From an uncultured archaeon (GTDB lineage Archaea; Micrarchaeota; Micrarchaeia; Micrarchaeales; CABMGC01): a stretch of DNA of 32,000 nt. Made by a program: the position numbers and the translations under genes. Numbering within the stretch: the stretch's first letter is position 1; every line of letters starts with the position of its first letter. The notes below the pieces were generated by a model, which saw only the letters and a list, made by a program, of their open reading frames with translations, was not told the origin of the DNA and did not search any database. The stretch covers positions 630,001 to 662,000 of the forward strand of contig OY969902.1 in assembly GCA_963704435.1 (NCBI GenBank), in the 5' to 3' direction. Positions 1 to 7,307 of the stretch are shown here, one piece after another.

Positions 1-597
1 GTCGAGCATCTCGTCCTGTATGCCCATAGCCACGAGCTCCCTCCTGAAAGCGTCCGACAGGCCGGACTTCCCTGGCGCGACCCCGTAGACCGCGGAGAAG
101 TTCTCGTAAGCGTACCTCTTCGACCTTATGTCTTCCATCATCTTCCTGTAGAGCATGACCTGGACGATGTGCGGCCTAGTGTAGCTGCCCTCGAGCTTCC
201 TTCCTGCCTCTGTGGTCTTCCGCTCGACCACTTGGATCCTCCCATCCTTGAGCCTCATCTCATCTATCTGCCCTGAGATGCGGTATCCGTTCACGGACCC
301 GTAGACCCTGAACTCCCTGCACACGCCCTTCCTTTTCAGGGAGTCGAGCGACATGACGTTCTCGTACGCGGTCTTGTACATGTAGTCCTTGAACGTGACG
401 GGCTCTATAGTCAGGGGCACGTACACCTCCTCCTGGAGCGCCTCGTGGACCTGCCTGCCCTTCGCCATCTCCTTCGTGTACTTCCTGCCGTGGATGCAGC
501 TGAGCTCCATCTGCCTCTCGCACCAGAACTGGTTGGCTATGTCCGTTACCCTTATCGAGGTCTTCTTCAGCCTGCCAAGCACGCTAGCCTCCGCCAT
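1..597 (-). CDS. Cas4-like / RecB-family PD-(D/E)XK nuclease, partial (C-terminus lies beyond the window edge)
   Basis: Absent from the ORF track because no stop falls in the window. Hand translation from the ATG (complement of 595-597) stays open for 199 codons down to position 1: MAEASVLGRLKKTSIRVTDIANQFWCERQMEL...GQIDEMRLKDGRIQVVERKT...HIVQVMLY. The N-terminal Cys in a QFWCERQ context, the D...ExK motif and the QxxxY motif resemble the Cas4/DUF83 nuclease signature. Confidence 0.65.
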   Translation of the reverse strand, partial: MAEASVLGRLKKTSIRVTDIANQFWCERQMELSCIHGRKYTKEMAKGRQVHEALQEEVYVPLTIEPVTFKDYMYKTAYENVMSLDSLKRKGVCREFRVYGSVNGYRISGQIDEMRLKDGRIQVVERKTTEAGRKLEGSYTRPHIVQVMLYRKMMEDIRSKRYAYENFSAVYGVAPGKSGLSDAFRRELVAMGIQDEMLD

Positions 598-708
598 ATG
601 GAATCGTCCCTACAAAACAGATCAGACCGCCTATCTCTCGTCATAGCATAGCTCAGCGATCTTAGTCATCATATGAGCTTTTATTTATTGATGAAACTTA
701 ATAACCCT

Positions 709-1347
709 ATGCAGCTTCTCGACAGATACGACCTCTTCATCTTCGATTGGGACAACACCCTGAGCAGCTCCACCGCACCCATCAGGGCGATGCAGCTCGT
801 GAAGAAGGACGTCCTGCTGTGGTACGCCAGGACGCACAGCGAGAAATACAGGAAGGAGCTCACCCTGAAGATGGACGACATGCTGAACAAGGCGGCCGAG
901 AACAACTTCTACGCGAAGCTGTACGACACCTACTCGCGCTTCTTCAGGCCCGGCCTCAAGAGCGGGGCTCTCGATGTCCTGAGGCTGCTGAAGAGGAACG
1001 GGAAGAAGGTGGCGATATTCAGCGACGCTAGGACGTACCGCCTTTTCAGCGAGACGCGGGGCCTGGGCGTGCTGAGGTACGCGGACCTTGCGCTGGCGGC
1101 CGAGTCGATACACTATTACAAGCCTAATCCGGCTGGGCTCCTGCTGATAATGGACAGGTTCAAGGTATCCAAGGCGAAGACGGTGTACATCGGAGACATG
1201 GCCTCGGACATCCTGACCGCGAAGTTCGCGGGCGTCGACTCCTGTGGAGTGGCGGACGGCCTGGACCCGTACGACGGCCTGAAGTCCGCCGGTGCCAGTC
1301 ACATGTTCAGGAATATGAGCGGCCTGCTGAGCACGCTTGAAGCGTAA
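709..1347 (+). CDS. HAD-superfamily hydrolase (phosphatase-like)
   Basis: HAD motif I is DLFIFDWDNTL (DxDxT), with IFSDA, YYKPNP and a motif IV YIGDMASD. The track ORF starts at 673, but 673-708 is an A/T-rich TATA-like stretch (ttttatttatt). ATG 709 (MQLLDRYDLFIFDWDNTL) is therefore the more likely, probably leaderless, start. Confidence 0.8.
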   Translation: MQLLDRYDLFIFDWDNTLSSSTAPIRAMQLVKKDVLLWYARTHSEKYRKELTLKMDDMLNKAAENNFYAKLYDTYSRFFRPGLKSGALDVLRLLKRNGKKVAIFSDARTYRLFSETRGLGVLRYADLALAAESIHYYKPNPAGLLLIMDRFKVSKAKTVYIGDMASDILTAKFAGVDSCGVADGLDPYDGLKSAGASHMFRNMSGLLSTLEA

Positions 1348-1503
1348 TCGCGCGCCGGCGTCTTTTCCCTTCGCAAATCACACAAACATTTATAAGAGAT
1401 TCAAATCATATAAATTGACGCAGACAGTACTGTTCTGCAGAAGATGGATTGAATGAGAAGTGAAAATGAAGAAGAGGGCGGAAGAGGAGGAGAAAGGAGA
1501 GGA

Positions 1504-1722
1504 ATGAACCCCAACTACTTCCTGCCAAAACCTGTGAAAGTAGGGGACGTGATAGAAGTAACCATCGAAGGCACTGCAAGCAGGGGGGACGGGATAGCTA
1601 AGAAGGACGGTTTCGTCATCTTTGTCAAGGGCGCGAAGCCGGGAGACAAGCTCATGGTCAAGATAACTGACGTGAGGACCAGGTTCGCCATAGGAGAGCC
1701 GGAAGCGGCATCGCAGAGCTAA
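1504..1722 (+). CDS. TRAM-domain protein (small archaeal RNA-binding/OB-fold type)
   Basis: KVGDVIEVTIEGTASRGDGIAKKDGFVIFVKGAKPGDKLMVKITDVRTRFAIGE matches the typical stand-alone archaeal TRAM fold pattern. The track ORF begins at 1453. ATG 1504 is preceded by a purine-rich GGAGGAGAAAGGAGAGGA stretch and gives a typical ~72-aa size. Confidence 0.8.
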   Translation: MNPNYFLPKPVKVGDVIEVTIEGTASRGDGIAKKDGFVIFVKGAKPGDKLMVKITDVRTRFAIGEPEAASQS

Positions 1723-1748
1723 ACGGATTTCCGAAATTTATTTCGCGT

Positions 1749-1790
1749 GCGCGCCCGATGCGCGCCGCTTTTCCTATTTCTATCTTTCTT
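1749..1790 (+). terminator. GC hairpin (gcgcgc-ccgat-gcgcgc) followed by a T-rich tract downstream of the TRAM gene
   Basis: A 6-bp GC stem with a 5-nt loop lies at 1749-1765, followed by cgcttttcctatttctatctttcttt. Archaeal termination is usually at oligo-T tracts. Confidence 0.3.
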
Positions 1791-1853
1791 TACGGTGGAT
1801 AACTCTGCCCCGATTCACAAGCTGTTAGCGAAGCACACGCCGATCAAAGATAA

Positions 1854-1865
1854 CATATAAATAAT
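1854..1865 (+). promoter_or_regulatory. TATA-box-like element (catataaataat) about 27 nt upstream of ATG 1887
   Basis: An A/T-rich box sits at the spacing expected for an archaeal TATA/TSS, which suggests a leaderless mRNA. The same spacing recurs upstream of starts at 8479, 11965(-), 12110 and 7231(-). Confidence 0.4.
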
Positions 1866-1886
1866 CCGATTGCAAGGTTTGGTTCG

Positions 1887-3185
1887 ATGGCTCAAAACGG
1901 TGCGGAAAAGAGGTTTGTCAAATTCCTGTTTGTCACAGACTGGGCTCTGAGCGCCGACCTCGCTTGGGAACTCCAGAAGGAAGGTCATGCCGTAAAGTTC
2001 TTCTGCAAGGGCCCTGGAGAGAAGGACGTCGGTGATGGATTCGTTGAGAAGGTCGCCGAATGGGAGCCGCTGAAGGACTGGGCGGATGTCATACTATTCG
2101 ATGACATCGGGTTCGGCCAGGAGGCTGAGCGGCTCCGCAAGGAAGGGAAATTCGTCGTAGGAGGTTCCACCTACACAGATAGGCTGGAGCTCGACCGCGA
2201 GTTCGGGCAGGAGGAGCTGAGGAAGGCAGGCGTGGGCATCCTGCCAGGGCGCACATTCACCTCTTTCGATGAGGCGGTCGCTTTCATCAAGGAAAATCCC
2301 GACAGGTACGTGATAAAGCCCAGCGGCGACACGTACGAGAAGGAGCTGCTGTTCATAGGCCAGGAAGGCGACGGGAAGGACGTGATCCAGGTGCTGGAGC
2401 ACTACCAGAGCACATGGTCCAAGAAGATAAAGGTATTTCTGATACAGAAGTTCGTGGAGGGGGTTGAGGTCGCCATCGGGGCGTTCTTCAACGGCAAGGA
2501 CTTCATGCTTCCGTTCAACGTGAACTTCGAGCACAAGCGCCTCTTCCCCGGCGACCTCGGGCCGAGCACGGGCGAGATGGGGACCGCCATGTTCTGGACG
2601 AGGAGCAGCCCAGTTTTCGATAGCACGCTGTTCAACATGAAAAGCCAGCTCGCGGAGAGCGGGTATGTCGGCTACGTAGACATCAACTGCATCGTCAACA
2701 ACCGTGGGGTCTGGCCGCTCGAGTGGACCTGCAGGTTCGGATACCCTACGATAAGCATACACATGGAGGGCGTGACGAGCGAGTGGGGCCAGTTCCTTTA
2801 CGATCTTGCGCGCGGGAAGGACGCGCAGCTGAAGACGAAGAAGGGCTATCAGGTAGGAGTGGTCGTGGCGATCCCCCCGTTCCCGTTCGAGGACGTGAAT
2901 GCGTTCAGGAAATATTCCGAGGGGGCCGCGATACTGTTCAAGCGCCAGAACCCGGAGGGCATACACATCGGCGAGGTAAAGCGCATCGGAGACAACTGGT
3001 ATATCGCGGGCGAGTCGGGCTACGCGCTCATCGTCACCGGTTCGGGCCAGACGATGTCGGACGCCATACGCGACGCCTACCAGAACGTGAAGAGCGTCAT
3101 GATACCGAACATGTTCTACCGCTCTGACATAGGGCAGAGATGGTCGAGGGACAGTGATATGCTCTTGAGCTGGGGCTGCTTGTAA
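1887..3185 (+). CDS. ATP-grasp enzyme, PurD (phosphoribosylamine-glycine ligase)-like
   Basis: The central and C-terminal regions resemble PurD: YVIKPSGDTYEKELLF, LIQKFVEGVEVAIGAFF, and FEHKRLFPGDLGPSTGEMGT (compare DHKR..GD.GPNTGGMG of PurD). The N-terminal GGREHA-type PurD signature was not recognised, so the substrate is uncertain. Confidence 0.7.
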   Translation: MAQNGAEKRFVKFLFVTDWALSADLAWELQKEGHAVKFFCKGPGEKDVGDGFVEKVAEWEPLKDWADVILFDDIGFGQEAERLRKEGKFVVGGSTYTDRLELDREFGQEELRKAGVGILPGRTFTSFDEAVAFIKENPDRYVIKPSGDTYEKELLFIGQEGDGKDVIQVLEHYQSTWSKKIKVFLIQKFVEGVEVAIGAFFNGKDFMLPFNVNFEHKRLFPGDLGPSTGEMGTAMFWTRSSPVFDSTLFNMKSQLAESGYVGYVDINCIVNNRGVWPLEWTCRFGYPTISIHMEGVTSEWGQFLYDLARGKDAQLKTKKGYQVGVVVAIPPFPFEDVNAFRKYSEGAAILFKRQNPEGIHIGEVKRIGDNWYIAGESGYALIVTGSGQTMSDAIRDAYQNVKSVMIPNMFYRSDIGQRWSRDSDMLLSWGCL

Positions 3186-3224
3186 TTCCGGTAGTCAAGG
3201 ATCCCAATCCCGTATCGTAAGTAA

Positions 3225-3313
3225 TGGCGCTGGGAGTGGGAATCGAACCCACAGAGGCCATTTCTAGCCAAACAGCTTAGCAGGCTGCCGCCCTACCACT
3301 AGGCGATCCCAGC
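3225..3313 (-). tRNA. tRNA-Ser (anticodon GCU), long variable arm, CCA encoded
   Basis: Hand fold of the reverse complement:
- Acceptor stem GCUGGGA/UCCCAGC.
- Anticodon stem GCAGC/GCUGU with loop CUGCUAA.
- Variable arm of ~19 nt (GGCU-AGAAAU-GGCC).
- T arm GUGGG-UUCGAUU-CCCAC.
- Discriminator G followed by CCA. Confidence 0.9.
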
Positions 3314-3317
3314 ACGC

Positions 3318-3610
3318 ATCGCATGCCTTCCGCTCGTGCAGCAGGAGCCTGCATAGCCGCAAGGGCGCGATGCGAGGTTTGCTATGCCTCCACTCGGCCC
3401 TGTATCTTCGGAGCATAGCTCTCTGCACTTAGGGTTGCTCCTTCCGGCCTGGCCCGTTTCATACACAAAGCCACCACCGAAGGCAGAGCTTCAGCGCTTC
3501 GACATAGGCCATCACACGCGCGGTTGCAACGCCGCAGGCATGCGGCCCGCCTTGAGGGGATTTGCGGTATGGGAAACCCCTGGCTTCCCACCTTCCTACT
3601 GCGATAATCT
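3318..3610 (-). ncRNA. Signal recognition particle RNA (archaeal 7S RNA); ends approximate (+/-15 nt)
   Basis: The reverse complement contains UGAAACGGGCCAGGCCGGAAGGAGCAACCCUAAG (3431-3460). This matches the conserved helix-8 SRP54-binding motif (compare human CCCAGGUCGGAAACGGAGCAGGUCAAAAC). It is flanked by long complementary strands (for example GCCUGC/GCAGGC and CGCAUGCC/GGCAUGCG) consistent with helix 5. A gctataaagg TATA box lies at 3631-3640 on this strand. The two ORFs in the track here have no protein-like features. Confidence 0.8.
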
Positions 3611-3617
3611 ATCGCAT

Positions 3618-3650
3618 TAAGCATTAATAACCTTTATAGCCGATTAATAC
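3618..3650. promoter_or_regulatory. Divergent promoter region between SRP RNA and aIF2-beta (attaataacctttatagccgattaata)
   Basis: This is an A/T-rich block with a near-symmetric tttata/tataaa core at 3633-3638. It lies about 25-30 nt from both the predicted SRP RNA 5' end and the aIF2-beta 5' region. Confidence 0.4.
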
Positions 3651-3680
3651 CGGTGTTTTCAGTTGGGCAATGACGGCTAC

Positions 3681-4076
3681 ATGGAGCTGCTGGACAAGGC
3701 GTTCTCGAAGCTCCCGACTCTGTCCGAGGAGAAGTCGGACTTCAAGATACCCGAAGCGGATTCGCTGATAGAGGGCAACAAGACGCTGGTGAAGAACTTC
3801 AACCAGATAAAGGGCACCGCGAGGAGGGACGGCAACGAGATAGCCAAGTACCTCTCGAAGGAGCTCGCCGCTCCGGTGAGCACGGACGACCAGAAGTTGA
3901 TAATAAGCACGAAGGTGCAGTCTGGCGTCCTGAACAGCAAGATAAGGAAGTACTTCGAGGTCTTCGTCATATGCAAGGAGTGCCACAAGCCTGACACGAG
4001 GATAGAGAGCACAGAGCACGGATATGAGACGCTCGTCTGCGAGGCCTGCGGAGCGAGGTACACGATTAAGAGGTAA
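3681..4076 (+). CDS. eif2b: Translation initiation factor aIF2 beta subunit
   Basis: MELLDKAFSKLP...FKIPEA...GNKT...KYLSKELA plus a C-terminal zinc ribbon CKECHKPDT...LVCEACGA. The track ORF begins at TTG 3663; ATG 3681 gives the canonical N-terminus. Confidence 0.9.
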   Translation: MELLDKAFSKLPTLSEEKSDFKIPEADSLIEGNKTLVKNFNQIKGTARRDGNEIAKYLSKELAAPVSTDDQKLIISTKVQSGVLNSKIRKYFEVFVICKECHKPDTRIESTEHGYETLVCEACGARYTIKR

Positions 4077-4435
4077 TGCTCATGCCATTCAGAGGGAAAA
4101 GGAGTCACGGAGGTTTCAGGGGCAGGCGGCCGGGAGGAAGGCGCAAGAGCGTCGAGACGGTCCACGAGCTCAAGCTGCCTACGGAGAACGAGTCCATAGG
4201 GCTGGTTATGCAGGCGGTCGGCGCGTCGAACTTCCGGGTGATGTGCTCGGACAAGTTCCAGAGGATGTGCAGCATACCTGGCAGGCTGAGAAGGAGGTTC
4301 TGGATAAAGGAGGGCGACCTGGTCATAGTCAAGCCGTGGGTGGTGCAGAGCAACGAGAAGGCGGACATAATCTGGAGATACAGCCTCGGGGACAAGGAGA
4401 GGCTCAAGGCGAAAGGCTACGAAGTGCCGGGCTGA
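4076..4435 (+). CDS. eif1a: Translation initiation factor aIF1A
   Basis: OB-fold core ENESIGLVMQAVGASNFRVMCSDKFQRMCSIPGRLRRRFWIKEGDLVIVKPW...DIIWRY. The start overlaps the aIF2-beta stop (TAATG). Confidence 0.9.
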   Translation: MLMPFRGKRSHGGFRGRRPGGRRKSVETVHELKLPTENESIGLVMQAVGASNFRVMCSDKFQRMCSIPGRLRRRFWIKEGDLVIVKPWVVQSNEKADIIWRYSLGDKERLKAKGYEVPG

Positions 4436-4487
4436 CCGCTGCGGATGAATCCTTTTTATTTCTTACTTCAGAAGGTAATACGATTAA

Positions 4488-6158
4488 ATGCCAGGTCGCC
4501 GAGCGCTACTTTTCGCAGCGTCCATCATTGCGCTGCTGTCTTTCGCTAATCCGGCGCTGGCGCAGAACTTCACTGCGAACCAGACATTCCTCGTGGCCGC
4601 TGCGCAGTATGCGCAGTGCAAGACCAATTTCACCGTCTCATACATCGGAAAGGTCACGGCAGCGGTGCCTGGGCTGTCCGGACTCGGCCAGTACTCTACC
4701 GCGCTGCAGACTGCAACCTCTCAACTCTCCTCCCTTGCTGGGAGAGGAAATGTCACCCAATTCAGGACCTATCTGAGCGGCAACTACGATCAGGAGCTGA
4801 ATCTCATATCAAAGAACTTCACCGCACAGATAAGGGCCGCCAACCTGTCGCGCAGCCAGACGTCTCAATTGAGGCAGCAGTACAACAGCACCTTTGCGAC
4901 TTATACCGCCTGCAGGCTTAATTCGGTGAAGAACGTCGCTATGAAGGAGCTTGCGCTGTTCAATTCAAGCATATCCGAATACCAGAACGAGGCGAGCAGC
5001 CTTTCGCAGCAGGGGCTGAACACGAGCGCTATGAACCTTCTCTTGCAGGGCGCAAAGGCCCAGATCATCGCCCCGCTGGCATCTGCGGTGAGCCAGGCTA
5101 CGAACGCATCCCAGATATCTGCCGCCCTTAACAAGTACTGCCTGTTCGATGCGTGCAGGAACGGGACGAACTTCCATCTCGCTGCGCACTTCGAGCTCCA
5201 GAAATTCACAGCAGAGCTCAATTACCTCGAGGCGAAAGGCAATGTGTCTTCTTCATCGCTGGCCCCGGCGCAGACTTATCTCAATGCGGCTACCTCGCTG
5301 CTTCAGGCAGTCGGGACCGCAGCATACACGAACGGGCAGGGCAACGCCATCTTCGCCAATCTGACCTCCGCATCGAAGGCGATGCAGCAGGCGAGGCAGC
5401 AGCAGGCGTTCGCCAAGGCCAAGCTGTCCGCAACCAGCGTGATATCCAGCTACGCGAACGCGATTAGCAGCGACCGCGCCTCGATTGCGCAACTCGCCGC
5501 CAAGGGCATTCCCACGGGAGGCCTGAACCAGACCCTCTCCAATGCGACATCTGCGATAATAGTGCCTCTCCAGAACGCGCTGAACTCTTCGGCAAACGTC
5601 ACTCAGCTTTACAATGCGTTCAAGACAAAGTGCATCGAGAACGGATGCGCGAACGGCACGAACTTCAACCTCGGGGCGAAACTCAAGCTGGGCGAGGCCC
5701 AGGCGGAGCTGACATATCTCGCGAACAAGGCCAGTGCGTCCGCCAACGTCATCGTGAACGCAACTGCGCTGTCAACGGCGCAGGGATATGTCGCCAACGC
5801 ATCAGCTCTGATAGGATCCGCAAACGGCATGCAGCTCACCAACGGGCTAATTAGCAAGATAACGGCGGAGTCAAACGGATTCACTGTTGCCATCAAGAAC
5901 GCGTATACCGTGGTAGCCAAAAAGCCATCTCCTATTGCGGTCTCCAAAACCCCGACGGGGCCGACCGCACCAATCGTGAGCCCGAAGCCCCCCGCCAATA
6001 CGGCCACTACTCCGCGCACGGCCCCCACTCCAACACCTCCGACTGCGCCAGGAAGGAACGCCCTTCCCACGCCGATCACGATTAAGGCGAATACAACCAT
6101 AGGAGGAGTCACATCCACAGGTCCCGTTCCAGCTGCCAACGTTAACGTGCCAAAATAG
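4488..6158 (+). CDS. Secreted surface glycoprotein candidate (signal peptide, internal duplication, Pro/Thr-rich C-terminal linker)
   Basis: The N-terminus MPGRRALLFAASIIALLSFANPALAQ looks like a Sec signal peptide. More than 20 NxS/T sequons are present. The block ...C(x)n C.NGTNF.L...AELxYL... occurs twice. The C-terminus is PTGPTAPIVSPKPPANTATTPRTAPTPTPPTAP. Confidence 0.7.
   Translation: MPGRRALLFAASIIALLSFANPALAQNFTANQTFLVAAAQYAQCKTNFTVSYIGKVTAAVPGLSGLGQYSTALQTATSQLSSLAGRGNVTQFRTYLSGNYDQELNLISKNFTAQIRAANLSRSQTSQLRQQYNSTFATYTACRLNSVKNVAMKELALFNSSISEYQNEASSLSQQGLNTSAMNLLLQGAKAQIIAPLASAVSQATNASQISAALNKYCLFDACRNGTNFHLAAHFELQKFTAELNYLEAKGNVSSSSLAPAQTYLNAATSLLQAVGTAAYTNGQGNAIFANLTSASKAMQQARQQQAFAKAKLSATSVISSYANAISSDRASIAQLAAKGIPTGGLNQTLSNATSAIIVPLQNALNSSANVTQLYNAFKTKCIENGCANGTNFNLGAKLKLGEAQAELTYLANKASASANVIVNATALSTAQGYVANASALIGSANGMQLTNGLISKITAESNGFTVAIKNAYTVVAKKPSPIAVSKTPTGPTAPIVSPKPPANTATTPRTAPTPTPPTAPGRNALPTPITIKANTTIGGVTSTGPVPAANVNVPK
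5040..5850 (+). repeat. Intragenic tandem duplication (~165 aa / ~495 bp period) within the surface protein gene
   Basis: QIIAPLASAVSQATNASQISAALNKYCLFDACRNGTNFHLAAHFELQKFTAELNYLEAKG aligns with SAIIVPLQNALNSSANVTQLYNAFKTKCIENGCANGTNFNLGAKLKLGEAQAELTYLANKA. DNA similarity is still visible between 5153-5240 and 5645-5732. Confidence 0.6.
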
Positions 6159-6166
6159 GTGGTTCG

Positions 6167-6436
6167 ATGGTAGACAAGAAAACGCTCTCGATCGTTCTGG
6201 TTATAGCTATTGTGCTCATCGCGTCCATCGCCTATTGGGCGACCTATGCGCCAGGGCAGCAGAATGCTACGCAGAACTCCACATCGAGCCTAGCCAACTC
6301 TTCATCGCTCAGCAACTTCAGCAGCAACCTGTCGACGCCCAACCTGGCGATCCAGAACGGGACGCTCAACAGCAGCGTGTCCCAGGACCAGAACTACAGC
6401 ATCCTCAGCAGCGGCAACCTCATCGCGTCCCCGTGA
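6167..6436 (+). CDS. Small N-terminally anchored Asn/Ser-rich (sequon-dense) protein
   Basis: A TM helix LSIVLVIAIVLIASIAYWATYA is followed by a low-complexity NxS/T-rich tail (NATQNSTSSLANSSSLSNFSSNLS...). The gene lies 8 nt downstream of the surface protein gene. Confidence 0.5.
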   Translation: MVDKKTLSIVLVIAIVLIASIAYWATYAPGQQNATQNSTSSLANSSSLSNFSSNLSTPNLAIQNGTLNSSVSQDQNYSILSSGNLIASP

Positions 6437-6454
6437 TTCGGGCCATGGAGGTCT

Positions 6455-7231
6455 TCATCCCTTGACCATCCTTTCCTGGTCGGTTATCTCCGCGAACGTC
6501 TCCTCATCGTCCCTCTTTATCCCATAGGCCTTCGAGAAGTAGTCCAGCACGTTGTGGACATCCCTCTTCAGGAATTCCATGGCCTGCGGATGCTCCAGCA
6601 GCACGGCCTGTCCGAAGTCTATGAAGTACGGCGTCTCGCCTGACATCAGTATGTTGTATTCGCTGAGGTCGGAGTGCACCAGTTCGTGGGAGTACAATTT
6701 CTTCACATCTTCGATTATCCGGTCAAGCGTCTCGCGCGGATGCTCCAGCGTCACGTCCCTGAGCATGTCCGCGGGCTTTCCGTCGCTGCCTATGAACTCC
6801 ATGGCCAGCACGTTCCCGCTGAACGCGTATGGCATAGGGGCGTGCACGCCAGCCGCCTCCGCAACCATCAGGTTGCCGTACTCCTTCTTGCACCACTCGC
6901 TCACTACAGCGAATATGTTCTTCTTTATCTTCCCGAACCGGGGGTCGCCCGTTATGTAGATGGTCCGCTTCTGGAACGCCGCCGTCTCGAGCCTGAATAT
7001 CTTCACTATCACATACTCCGAGTCTATCTCCGAGCCTGCGGTCGCGATGTAGACGTCCGCCTCCTTGCCCCTGGCGGTTATGAACTCCAGGCTCGAGATT
7101 ATCTTCTTGCTGAACAGCTTGCCTATCCTCAGCATCGTCCTGTTCTCGAAGACACCCTCCTCTATCTTCAGCTGCTCGCGCATCGGGTAGTCCTCCCTGC
7201 TGGACCTCTTCTTCCTGCTCCTCCTTACCAT
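6455..7231 (-). CDS. rio1: RIO-type serine/threonine protein kinase (Rio1-like)
   Basis: GKEADVYIA nucleotide-binding loop, LVHSDLSEYNILM catalytic loop and YFIDFGQAV metal-binding loop. The track ORF extends to 7336, which would overlap the divergent xpf start. ATG 7231 (MVRRSRKK...) lies ~25 nt downstream of a tataaata box (complement of ~7252-7262). Confidence 0.85.
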   Translation of the reverse strand: MVRRSRKKRSSREDYPMREQLKIEEGVFENRTMLRIGKLFSKKIISSLEFITARGKEADVYIATAGSEIDSEYVIVKIFRLETAAFQKRTIYITGDPRFGKIKKNIFAVVSEWCKKEYGNLMVAEAAGVHAPMPYAFSGNVLAMEFIGSDGKPADMLRDVTLEHPRETLDRIIEDVKKLYSHELVHSDLSEYNILMSGETPYFIDFGQAVLLEHPQAMEFLKRDVHNVLDYFSKAYGIKRDDEETFAEITDQERMVKG

Positions 7232-7307
7232 ACCTACAATTTCACCGTCGCCATATTTATACCAGAGCCGCCAATCATTATGCGAGGGAAGAGGCGAGCC
7301 TGCTATC

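Noticed and set aside
260-523. 87-aa minus-strand ORF from the track
   Set aside because: It is in a different frame from the longer uninterrupted minus-strand reading frame 1-597, which carries Cas4-like motifs. Its sequence (Gly/Arg/Pro/Val-rich) looks like an off-frame artefact.
2094-2966. 290-aa ORF antisense to the ATP-grasp gene (similar cases: 685-1302, 6674-7627, 8795-9604, 10184-11056, 14214-14801, 25847-26911, 26134-26730 and 29751-30851)
   Set aside because: All lie opposite CDSs with strong family motifs. They are Arg/Leu/Pro/Val-rich with no recognisable motifs. This is the usual pattern of long spurious antisense frames in GC-biased coding DNA.
3318-3610. Alternative call as RNase P RNA
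   Set aside because: I could not find the RNase P conserved regions (GGAAAGUCCGG, ACAGAA-type CR-V), whereas the GGCCAGGCCGGAAGGAGCAAC motif is characteristic of SRP RNA.
3382-3624. 78-80-aa ORFs on both strands across the 3320-3610 region
   Set aside because: The region contains the conserved SRP RNA helix-8 motif and long self-complementary strands. The ORFs have no protein-like features and mirror each other.
4024-4776. 250-aa plus-strand ORF spanning aIF1A and the start of the surface protein gene
   Set aside because: It is off-frame relative to two well-supported genes and has an Arg/Gly/Ala-rich low-complexity translation.
5609-6139. 176-aa minus-strand ORF (Gly/Val/Pro/Ala-rich) opposite the surface protein C-terminus
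   Set aside because: It is the mirror image of the Pro/Thr/Ala-rich linker and has no start context or motifs.
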